From Patescibacteria group bacterium (GTDB lineage: Bacteria; Patescibacteriota; Microgenomatia; UBA12405): a stretch of DNA of 64,000 bases. Within the stretch, counting starts at the first letter, position 1, and every line of letters starts with the position of its first letter. Shown piece after piece: positions 1-7,807 of this stretch. The notes under the pieces are model-generated. The model was not told the origin of the DNA, did no database searches, and was given only the letters and a program-made list of their open reading frames with translations. A program made the translations under genes and the position numbers. Location: positions 10,227 to 74,226 of the forward strand of contig WARW01000003.1 of assembly GCA_013387215.1 (NCBI GenBank), in the 5' to 3' direction.

Positions 1-168
1 ATTTTTGTTGACAATCCTCATCCGTTTTCAGAAATCATAAATTATGAATTTATTGCCGAAGAAGTAATCAGGACTATGGTGGGAAGTATCGGATTGGTTT
101 TAGCAGTGCCAGTAACCACTTTTTTAGCTGCATTAATGTTTAGACAAATTAAAAATAAAAATAAGTGA
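1..168 (+). CDS. 3' end of an upstream gene (partial); hydrophobic C-terminus ...VGSIGLVLAVPVTTFLAALMFRQIKNKNK*
   Basis: Open frame from the window edge to TGA at 166-168; the TM-like tail suggests a membrane protein. Overlaps the GTG start of the next gene. Confidence 0.35.
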   Translation: MFVDNPHPFSEIINYEFIAEEVIRTMVGSIGLVLAVPVTTFLAALMFRQIKNKNK

Positions 169-1388
169 AACTAAAAATACTAATAATTGTTTTTTTCATA
201 GTTTCTTTTCTTTTTTTAAGACTTTATCAAATAGATAGGCGGGTAAACTTTTCAATGGATCAGGGTTTGTTTGCTTTAAGAAGCCTACAAATTTTTCAGA
301 ACAAAGAATTAACTTTAATTGGTCCTCCGGCTTCGCCAATAGTCCATACACATCAGTTTTTTCAGGGGCCATTAATTTATTATTCAATGATTTTTATTTT
401 AGGGATATCAAAGTGGAATCCTTTAATATCTTCCTATGTTTTAGTAGGATTAAACCTTATAAGCCTTTGGTTTTTATTCGCTGCTATTAAAACACTGTTT
501 GGAAAAAAGATTGCAGAACTGAGTTTAGTTGTTTATATATTTTTACCAGCATCAATAAATTTTTCTAATTTTTTATGGAACCCAAATTTTCTTTTGATTT
601 TGTTGCCCGTATTTTTATGGTTTTTGAGTAAGTCGATTAAATCTAATAAAATAAAATGGTTTTTAGGTGCAGGTGTAATGGCGGGCATTTGTTTACAATT
701 TCATTTTCAATTCACATTAATATTATTTTTAACTTTAATATTTTTTATTTATAAAAAAATAAAATGGCATGAAATTATTGTCTTTTTGATAGGGATTATT
801 GCTGGCTACTCACCTCTTTTGGTTTTTGATTTGAGAAACAATTTTTATAATATCAAAACAATTTTTGAATGGCTAAGGTTTGGTGGCGACGAAAAATTTA
901 ATTTTCATATTTACTATTTTCTGGCATTTATTCCGCTAATTAGTATAGTTGCAGGAATGATTCTGAATAAATTGAATAATAAATTTATTCAATATGGATT
1001 AATATTAATTCTTATAATCTATTCTTTTTTTACTAAATATACTGAAACTGAAGCCTTTGGAATGCCAAAAGATTGGAGTTATTCAGAATTAGAAAAAACA
1101 AGTAAAATCGTTGAACAAATGGGGACCAATTTTAATGTGGTCAATTTATTGTCAGGCGATACTAGATTTTATTCTTTAAGATATCTTTTAACTAAGGACC
1201 AAAAAAATCCCCGCAATGTGGACTCTTATCAATCGGCTGACGAATTATTTGTGGTTTCGTATGACATGGAAGAAAAGACTTTGAATAATCCAGTGTGGGA
1301 AATTAGCAGTTTTGGAAAAGCGGAAATAAAAAATAAGTGGGAATTAAACAAAAAAGTAAATTTATACGAATTAGTTAAGTCAAAATGA
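165..1388 (+). CDS. Polytopic membrane protein, GT-C / PMT_2 (ArnT-like) glycosyltransferase-like
   Basis: 407 aa with roughly 10 predicted TM helices. Overall resemblance to the ArnT/PMT_2-type proteins at 13000..14448 and 32839..34227. GTG start overlaps the upstream stop. Confidence 0.4.
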   Translation: MKLKILIIVFFIVSFLFLRLYQIDRRVNFSMDQGLFALRSLQIFQNKELTLIGPPASPIVHTHQFFQGPLIYYSMIFILGISKWNPLISSYVLVGLNLISLWFLFAAIKTLFGKKIAELSLVVYIFLPASINFSNFLWNPNFLLILLPVFLWFLSKSIKSNKIKWFLGAGVMAGICLQFHFQFTLILFLTLIFFIYKKIKWHEIIVFLIGIIAGYSPLLVFDLRNNFYNIKTIFEWLRFGGDEKFNFHIYYFLAFIPLISIVAGMILNKLNNKFIQYGLILILIIYSFFTKYTETEAFGMPKDWSYSELEKTSKIVEQMGTNFNVVNLLSGDTRFYSLRYLLTKDQKNPRNVDSYQSADELFVVSYDMEEKTLNNPVWEISSFGKAEIKNKWELNKKVNLYELVKSK

Positions 1389-1401
1389 AGTTTGATAAAA
1401 T

Positions 1402-1782
1402 ATGGGCATGAATAAAAATGATAAATATACATGTCCCTGCTGTGGTTATAAAGTATTTAACGAACAACCAGGATCATTTGAAATTTGTCCAATTTGTTAT
1501 TGGGAAGATGAAGCAAAACAACTAAGATATCCTAAGGAAACTGGAGCCAATAGAATCAGTTTGATTAAAGCGCAGGAAAATTACGAAAAACACGGCGTGA
1601 GCGATTTAAATTTAAAAATGCTGGTTCGTGAAGCAGATGAAAATGAGGAAAAAGATCCAAACTGGCGAAAGTTAGATTTAAAAAAAGATAAAATTGCTGA
1701 AAAAAGAGACAAGGTAAATATATATCCACACGATTTGACCAGGCTTTATTATTGGGAAGAAAATTATTTAGTTGAAGAATAA
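1402..1782 (+). CDS. CPCC-family cysteine-rich protein
   Basis: N-terminal CPCCGYKVF...FEICPICYWEDE matches the cysteine-rich CPCC domain signature. Acidic C-terminal half. Confidence 0.7.
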   Translation: MGMNKNDKYTCPCCGYKVFNEQPGSFEICPICYWEDEAKQLRYPKETGANRISLIKAQENYEKHGVSDLNLKMLVREADENEEKDPNWRKLDLKKDKIAEKRDKVNIYPHDLTRLYYWEENYLVEE

Positions 1783-2399
1783 TTTTTTACAGGTTTATAG
1801 GAAAAGCGATGAATCGGGCAAGGACCGAGTTTTTCTAGACCTTGCTGATGTGATTTGGTGCCATAACCCTTATTATTGACGAAATCATAACCAGGATAAA
1901 GCTTGTCGAATTCAGTCATTTCTTGATCTCTCATGACTTTGGCACAAATAGAAGCAGCGGCCACAGAAAAACAGTTTAAATCGGCTTTAATAACACTTTT
2001 GTAAGGACAATTTATGTCAAGTTTCATATTGCCGTCAATTAAAACAAAATCATAACGATTTTCAAAAAAAGTAATAGCCTTTTCAATTGAACTAATGATT
2101 GCTTGCTGAATACCCAGAGTGTCGATTTCTTTGGAACTGGAAGAAATTACTTTGAAAGGAAAATTACGCTTTTTGATTTCTTGAAAAGCAGACTCTCTTT
2201 TGGAAGGCAAAAGACATTTGGAGTCTTTAATATTTTTTTGAAAAAATTCCAAATCAAAATTATTAGTGTCCAACAGAAATGCACCAACAGCTACTGATCC
2301 AGCCCAAGGACCGCGACCAACTTCATCAATGCCTAGAATAAAGCGGCAATTTTGAGGGATTAAAGATTTTTCATAATTAAAGTCAGGAGTGTTTTTCAT
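1764..2399 (-). CDS. rnhB: Ribonuclease HII
   Basis: GIDEVGRGPWAGSVAVGA motif and overall RNase HII architecture. Start trimmed to the internal Met (MKNTPDF...) at 2399 because the track's N-terminal extension is hydrophobic junk. 3' end overlaps the convergent CPCC gene by 19 nt. Confidence 0.85.
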   Translation of the reverse strand: MKNTPDFNYEKSLIPQNCRFILGIDEVGRGPWAGSVAVGAFLLDTNNFDLEFFQKNIKDSKCLLPSKRESAFQEIKKRNFPFKVISSSSKEIDTLGIQQAIISSIEKAITFFENRYDFVLIDGNMKLDINCPYKSVIKADLNCFSVAAASICAKVMRDQEMTEFDKLYPGYDFVNNKGYGTKSHQQGLEKLGPCPIHRFSYKPVKNYSSTK

Positions 2400-2417
2400 G
2401 GGAAATATTAGGTAAAT

Positions 2418-2425
2418 TGTATAAT
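2418..2425 (+). promoter_or_regulatory. Extended -10 element TGTATAAT, 5 nt before the pepF ATG (candidate leaderless transcript)
   Basis: TGnTATAAT consensus at 2418-2425 and ATG at 2431. No room for an SD, so this would imply a leaderless mRNA. Confidence 0.35.
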
Positions 2426-2430
2426 AGAGT

Positions 2431-4206
2431 ATGAATATTTTAAAGTGGAACCTGGACGACATATTATCTGTTGAAAAATTTGATGAATTTTTTTGGGAAA
2501 TTCAAAATGATATTGGTTATTATCCACAACTAATTAAAAAACTAGACCCTCGAATGGAAGAGGAATTGTTTAAAGAGATAATAGATTTTGATGAAAATTT
2601 GAGCGAGAAAATTTCCAGATTGAGTTATCTGCCTCACTTAATGGAAACTACCAACCAAAAAGACCAGAAGGCTCAAATTTTAAAATCAAAAGCAGACCAA
2701 ATAATTGTTAGCTATGAGGAAGTTTCAAGAAAATTATTTCACTGGCTTAAGGGAAAAAAGGTTAACGAATTAGAGATTTTGGACAATAAAAATGCAGAAA
2801 GACTATTTGAATCGATTCCTGATTTGGAATTTCAACTTAAACATAATCGTGAAGCATCAAAATACGCTTTAAACGAATCTGAAGAAAACATAATTAGCAA
2901 TAAAAATATTAGCGGAATATTTGCAGTCAAAGATTTACGAAGACAAATATCAACTGGTTTTAGATATAAATTAAAGATTAAAAATCAAAAAACAAGAATA
3001 ATTAAAACACAAGCCGAATTAACAAATTTAGCGCACAGCTCTAAACCAGAAGAAAGAAAAGCGGCCTACTTAAGCTTGTTTAAAGAGTATGAAAAAAATT
3101 TAGATAAATTTTTTATAATTTATCAAGCAGTGGTTAAAGATTGGAATTATGAAGCAAAACTTAGAGGTTATGAAAGCGCCATCAGCATTAGAAATTTTAA
3201 TAATCATATTTCTAATGAAGTAATTGAGATGTTATTAAAAACCTGCAGTGAAAATAAATATGTTTTTCAAAAATATTTTAGATATAAAGCAAAAGAAATG
3301 GGGGTTGAGAAATTAAATCGTTTTGATATTTATGCTCCATTTAAGGCTAGGACTTATAAACACATAGAATTTAATAAAGCAAAAGAGTTGGTTTTAGAAA
3401 CATTTAAAGAATTTTCACCCAGTTTTTACAATCAGGCCAAAAAAATATTTGACGATAAACATATTGATTCCCACCCGAATCCAGAAAAAAGAAGCGGTGC
3501 ATTTTGTGCAACAATCAGTCCTAAAATAACTCCTTACATAATGATGAATTTTACAGGTGAAAAAAATGATTTATATACATTAGCTCATGAACTAGGACAC
3601 GGTATTCACAGTTTATTGGCAAATAATCATTATTATTCAAGTCAGCAGGCTACCCTACCTCTGGCTGAAACCGCTTCCACTTTATCGGAATTAATTTTGT
3701 TTGAAAAAACTTATAAAAATGAACACGATTCTAAAGTTAAAAAAACAATGCTGATTGACCAGATAGCAAGTTCTTATGCAAGCATATTGAGACAAAATTA
3801 TTTTGTGCTATTTGAAATTGAAGCCCATAAATTGATTAATTCAGGGTGCAATTCCAGCCAATTGTCGGAATTGTGGCTAAATACATTAAAGGAGCAGTTT
3901 GGGGATAGTGTAGAGGTGGATAGGGTTTTTAAAAATGAATGGGCTTATATCCCCCATATCTTTGATACACCATTTTATTGCTACAGCTATAATTTTGGAG
4001 AACTATTAAGTTATGCTTTGTATAGTAGATATAAAAAGGAAGGTTTAAGTTTTGTTTCTAAAATTGAAACGATATTGAAAAGCGGAGGTTCAGAGGATCC
4101 CGAAAAAATATTAATGAATGCTGGAATAAATATTAAGGATAAAAACTTTTGGCAGAGTAGTTTTGAGATAATAAATGAATGGCAATCTACATTAGAGAAA
4201 TTGTAA
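2431..4206 (+). CDS. pepF: Oligoendopeptidase F, M3B family
   Basis: 591 aa with HELGHGIHS (HEXXH) zinc motif and M3B-like length and organisation. Confidence 0.85.
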   Translation: MNILKWNLDDILSVEKFDEFFWEIQNDIGYYPQLIKKLDPRMEEELFKEIIDFDENLSEKISRLSYLPHLMETTNQKDQKAQILKSKADQIIVSYEEVSRKLFHWLKGKKVNELEILDNKNAERLFESIPDLEFQLKHNREASKYALNESEENIISNKNISGIFAVKDLRRQISTGFRYKLKIKNQKTRIIKTQAELTNLAHSSKPEERKAAYLSLFKEYEKNLDKFFIIYQAVVKDWNYEAKLRGYESAISIRNFNNHISNEVIEMLLKTCSENKYVFQKYFRYKAKEMGVEKLNRFDIYAPFKARTYKHIEFNKAKELVLETFKEFSPSFYNQAKKIFDDKHIDSHPNPEKRSGAFCATISPKITPYIMMNFTGEKNDLYTLAHELGHGIHSLLANNHYYSSQQATLPLAETASTLSELILFEKTYKNEHDSKVKKTMLIDQIASSYASILRQNYFVLFEIEAHKLINSGCNSSQLSELWLNTLKEQFGDSVEVDRVFKNEWAYIPHIFDTPFYCYSYNFGELLSYALYSRYKKEGLSFVSKIETILKSGGSEDPEKILMNAGINIKDKNFWQSSFEIINEWQSTLEKL

Positions 4207-4216
4207 TTAAGTGATA

Positions 4217-4234
4217 TAATTTACATGTAAATTA
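4217..4234. promoter_or_regulatory. 18-bp perfect palindrome TAATTTACATGTAAATTA immediately after a TGATATAAT -10-like box
   Basis: Seen directly. Perfect dyad symmetry. Lies upstream of the small peptide gene and the HK/RR operon; TGATATAAT sits at 4212-4220. Confidence 0.4.
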
Positions 4235-4240
4235 AGGGTA

Positions 4241-4275
4241 ATGTTTGTTTATTTCAAACATGAAGTTCATTTTTT
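4241..4275 (+). terminator. Weak hairpin (ATGTTTG-7nt-CAAACAT) followed by a T-run; possible pepF terminator
   Basis: 7-bp inverted repeat at 4241-4261, T5 at 4271-4275. The 8-nt gap between stem and T-run makes it a weak candidate. Confidence 0.25.
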
Positions 4276-4337
4276 ATTCATAATTATATTTTTTAATTAA
4301 TTGTTAATAATTAAAAAAATTAAGGTGGTGATAATAA

Positions 4338-4454
4338 ATGAAAAAATTAATGGAAGAAATATTAACAGATAAAAGTGCCCGAAACATGGCTCAAACAGAT
4401 GCTTTATCACTTGCTGTTGAAGAAGTTGGCGATCCATGGCAAAGTATTGCTTAA
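4338..4454 (+). CDS. 38-aa small peptide MKKLMEEILTDKSARNMAQTDALSLAVEEVGDPWQSIA; candidate signalling-peptide precursor (ComX-like)
   Basis: Not in the ORF track because it is under 60 aa. Strong SD AAGGTGGTGA at 4322-4331 with a 6-nt spacer to the ATG. A single Trp lies 5 residues from the C-terminus, and the gene sits directly upstream of the HK. Confidence 0.55.
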   Translation: MKKLMEEILTDKSARNMAQTDALSLAVEEVGDPWQSIA

Positions 4455-4485
4455 TAATTAAATTAAAACCTAGAAATTAAAACTA

Positions 4486-5961
4486 ATGCTAAAAACAATC
4501 ATAAACAAATTAATTTCTAGGTTTAATAATTACTTATTTAATTTTTCCCGGATAAGTGATGAAGATTTGAGGCGAAAGGCTAAGATTTTTAATATAATCA
4601 CTTTCTCTATTTTTTTATTGACTTTATATTCTCTTGCGACTTGGATATTTGGTTATTGTTTTATTGATAGATCTTCTGACAGAAATTTTAGCCACATAAT
4701 TCCAATTTTAGTACTTACACTATTGCCAATTATATTGTTAAAAGTTTCCTTATTAGGAAAACCAAGATTAGCAGCTTGGATATTAATATCATTACTATTA
4801 TTGGCTACATTAAGAACTTCTTTAATTTATGGTGTAAATGTACCAATGGCAACTGTAAGTTATGCGCTAATAATTTTTATGAGCGGAATCTTGGTTGGGC
4901 CATTAAGTGCTTTTTTATTAACAATAATAATTTTTGGTTGCTTGTTAAGCATTTTCTTTTCCCACACGTGGCATTTTATTGAGGTATATTCTGATTGGAA
5001 GAATAAATCTTCTGATATATCGGATATTCTGATATTGAATGTTATATATTTGGTCATTGCAATAGTGTCATGGTTATCGAGCCGAGAAGTTAACAAATCA
5101 CTTAAAAATGCTAATTTATCAGAACAGAAAGCTTTAATGTTGGCTGACAAATTACAAAAACAAAATGATGATCTGGAAAAAATAGTAGAAGAAAGAACAC
5201 AAGAACTTAGGGAACATCAATTAAAACAGCTGATGGAAATAAATACGTTGGCTGAATTTGGAAAAATATCAGCAGGATTATTACATGATTTGAAGAATCC
5301 ATTAACGGTAATTTCAATGAATTTAGACAGTATTAATGATTACGTTAAAGACAAAAATATTTTAAGTCAATCGGAATGGAAAAAATTAATCAACAATTCT
5401 TTATTAGCTTCCAGAACAGTGGAATCAATGGTCAGAACTTCGCAAAAGCAATTAATTAATGAAGATACTAAAGTATTATTTGATTTAAAAAAGGAAATTA
5501 AAAATACTTTAATACTTTTGAATACAAGAGCAAATAAGTTTGGGATAGAAATAAAATTTGTATGTAAAGAATCAATAAACATATTCGGTTGTCCAACAAA
5601 ACTGTCTAGAGTTTTAGCCAACCTAGTTGTAAATAGTATAGATGCTTTGAGGGATGCAAAAAGAGATTTTCCAAAAATAACTATTGAAGTTCAGAAAAAT
5701 AAAACTTCAATAGAAATTATGATTAAAGATAATGGCTGCGGTATTAAAGACGAAGACAAGAAAAATATTTTTCAAGCATTATTTAGTACAAAAAAAGAAA
5801 TGAATAATTCTGGTTTAGGCCTATTTATCAGTAAAACTATTTTGGATAGTTGTTTTAAAGGTACTATTAGTTTTAAAAGTACCTGGGGTGAAGGAAGTGA
5901 ATTTTTAATCGATATTCCGGTTTTAAAACAAAATGGAGCAAAAACTAAACAAAGTAATTGA
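4486..5961 (+). CDS. Sensor histidine kinase with an N-terminal 6-TM sensor domain lacking large extracellular loops
   Basis: About 6 TM helices in the first roughly 200 aa, coiled coil, H-box LLHDLKNPLTVI, then an HATPase_c domain with DNGCGI and GLGLFISK motifs. Confidence 0.85.
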   Translation: MLKTIINKLISRFNNYLFNFSRISDEDLRRKAKIFNIITFSIFLLTLYSLATWIFGYCFIDRSSDRNFSHIIPILVLTLLPIILLKVSLLGKPRLAAWILISLLLLATLRTSLIYGVNVPMATVSYALIIFMSGILVGPLSAFLLTIIIFGCLLSIFFSHTWHFIEVYSDWKNKSSDISDILILNVIYLVIAIVSWLSSREVNKSLKNANLSEQKALMLADKLQKQNDDLEKIVEERTQELREHQLKQLMEINTLAEFGKISAGLLHDLKNPLTVISMNLDSINDYVKDKNILSQSEWKKLINNSLLASRTVESMVRTSQKQLINEDTKVLFDLKKEIKNTLILLNTRANKFGIEIKFVCKESINIFGCPTKLSRVLANLVVNSIDALRDAKRDFPKITIEVQKNKTSIEIMIKDNGCGIKDEDKKNIFQALFSTKKEMNNSGLGLFISKTILDSCFKGTISFKSTWGEGSEFLIDIPVLKQNGAKTKQSN

Positions 5962-7807
5962 TAAAGGAATTGCCTTTTTAACTGATGAATTAGAAAAGAA
6001 TGTATATTTTGGATTTGAAAGCATATTTCCAATGATTTTGGTTTTTGATTGTCTTAATGAAATTGACAATAAAGGCAGCTACTTGATTAAAGCGAAAATT
6101 AAAAAAGTTTTATTGAAAGAGAAAAATGAATTATGGTCTTTTAATTATTGGAAAAGAAAATCGATAAAAAACAAAATAGAACCATATCCTGAGGATCTTG
6201 ATGATACATGTTTAGCACTTAGTGCTTTATATAGATTTGATAAAAAAGTTTTCAAGGGCAATGATCTTGCAAAAATAATTAATCTTTTAATATTGGCGGA
6301 AGAAAAGATAGGCGGCCCATATCGTACTTGGATATTGGCTAAAGAAAAGTCGGAAAAATGGAGTGATATCGATATTGCAGTTAATAGCAACATTGGATAT
6401 TTTTTAAAATTACAAAAAATTAAGTTAAAGAACTTAACTGAATTAATTGAAAATGGAATCATTAAAGACAAAATATATTCCCCTTTTTATAAAGGTGAGC
6501 TGCCCGTAATTTATTTTATTTCCCGTTTTTATAATGGGAAATTAAAAAATATTTTGAAAGAAAAACTTATCAATAAGGCAAATACTAGCGATTCGGCCTT
6601 AGATTTAGCTTTGATAATAAGCAGTTTAATCAGACTCGGTTATAAAAATATAAAAGAAGACTGGGTTAAGAAAATATGTACAAAACAATCCAAATCAGGA
6701 AATTGGATAGGTGAAGATTTTTATTTTTATGTAGACAAATTAAAACAAACTAATTTTATTGGTACTGAAAGCATTAGTACGGCTTTTATTTTGGAAGCTT
6801 TAACTTTATATATAAATCAAAAACTCAAATTTAAAGATCCATTGTTTTTAGAGATTAATGAGTTTAAAAAAGAAACAGTTTTCAGGCTAGAAAAAGTTTT
6901 TGAAAAGCATCCCGATAAATTAAAAAAGGAAATATTAACATTTATCAAAAACTTAGCTTCGAGCAGTGAATCAGAAATGATAATTGCGACGCCATTAATT
7001 GTTTTAAATTCTATCGATACGGAATTAAAGATCAAAATAACAAAAGATTTTATTGTCAAATTAGGACAAATTAATTTATTGGGATGGTGTGCATATACGA
7101 TTTACGACGATATTATGGACAGTGATTCTTCAGGAAAAATGATTCCAATGGCAAATATAATTTGCAGGGAGATGGAATCAATACTAGGCAGTCTTCCAAT
7201 AAACAAGGAAACAGGTTTTTTTAATTTTTCCAAATTTTTATTGCAAAAAATGGAAATAAGTAATTGGTTTGAACAGAATTATTTATGTCTTAACTCTAGC
7301 AATAATACAATCGATGAGTTTGATTATAAAAAGTTAGCCGATAAGTCTTTAGGACATGCATTGAGCTCAGTAGCAATTTTATGTTATTTGAAACAATCAG
7401 TAAGGTCTTTAGAGGTCCGTTATTTAATGAATTATTTTAGATATTTTATTGTTGCTAAACAGATGAATGATGACGTTCATGATTGGTTAGAAGATTTAGA
7501 AAAAGGCCAAATAAACAGTGCGAGTTATGGATTAATAAAATTTTTAGAAAAAAACAATAAAAGTATTTATAAAGAAATCATGAATAAAGAAAATTTAAAA
7601 TTAATTTTTTGGCAAAATATTGTTCCTGATTATTGTAATAAAATAATATATTTTTCAAATAAAGCGAAAAGAGCATTAAACCAATCCAGTTTAATTATCA
7701 ACAAACTATATTTATTGAATTTAAATAATAAGAATGTAGAATTATGTAGAATTGCATTAAAAGAAAGAAAAAATACATTAGACTTTATAAAAAATTACTA
7801 CAAATGA
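5933..7807 (+). CDS. Two-domain fusion: N-terminal alpha/alpha-toroid (terpene cyclase/prenyltransferase-like, PEDLDDTCLAL) plus a C-terminal isoprenyl-diphosphate-synthase/terpene-synthase-like domain (DDIMD and DDVHD); ComQ-like candidate
   Basis: 624 aa. DxDDT motif at about aa 87-92. The first DDxxD sits in YTIYDDIMDSD (aa 391-395, FARM-like), the second in QMNDDVHDWLED (aa 513-517, SARM-like), about 120 aa apart. Overlaps the HK by 29 nt and the RR by 4 nt, indicating translational coupling. Confidence 0.55.
   Translation: MEQKLNKVIDKGIAFLTDELEKNVYFGFESIFPMILVFDCLNEIDNKGSYLIKAKIKKVLLKEKNELWSFNYWKRKSIKNKIEPYPEDLDDTCLALSALYRFDKKVFKGNDLAKIINLLILAEEKIGGPYRTWILAKEKSEKWSDIDIAVNSNIGYFLKLQKIKLKNLTELIENGIIKDKIYSPFYKGELPVIYFISRFYNGKLKNILKEKLINKANTSDSALDLALIISSLIRLGYKNIKEDWVKKICTKQSKSGNWIGEDFYFYVDKLKQTNFIGTESISTAFILEALTLYINQKLKFKDPLFLEINEFKKETVFRLEKVFEKHPDKLKKEILTFIKNLASSSESEMIIATPLIVLNSIDTELKIKITKDFIVKLGQINLLGWCAYTIYDDIMDSDSSGKMIPMANIICREMESILGSLPINKETGFFNFSKFLLQKMEISNWFEQNYLCLNSSNNTIDEFDYKKLADKSLGHALSSVAILCYLKQSVRSLEVRYLMNYFRYFIVAKQMNDDVHDWLEDLEKGQINSASYGLIKFLEKNNKSIYKEIMNKENLKLIFWQNIVPDYCNKIIYFSNKAKRALNQSSLIINKLYLLNLNNKNVELCRIALKERKNTLDFIKNYYK

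Noticed and set aside
4338-7807. Lanthipeptide/RiPP cluster (LanC-like cyclase acting on the small peptide)
   Set aside because: The peptide has no Cys, Ser/Thr-rich core or double-Gly leader. The 624-aa protein lacks LanC zinc-ligand motifs (CHG, WCxG). The Asp-rich isoprenoid motifs favour a prenyltransferase-type interpretation.
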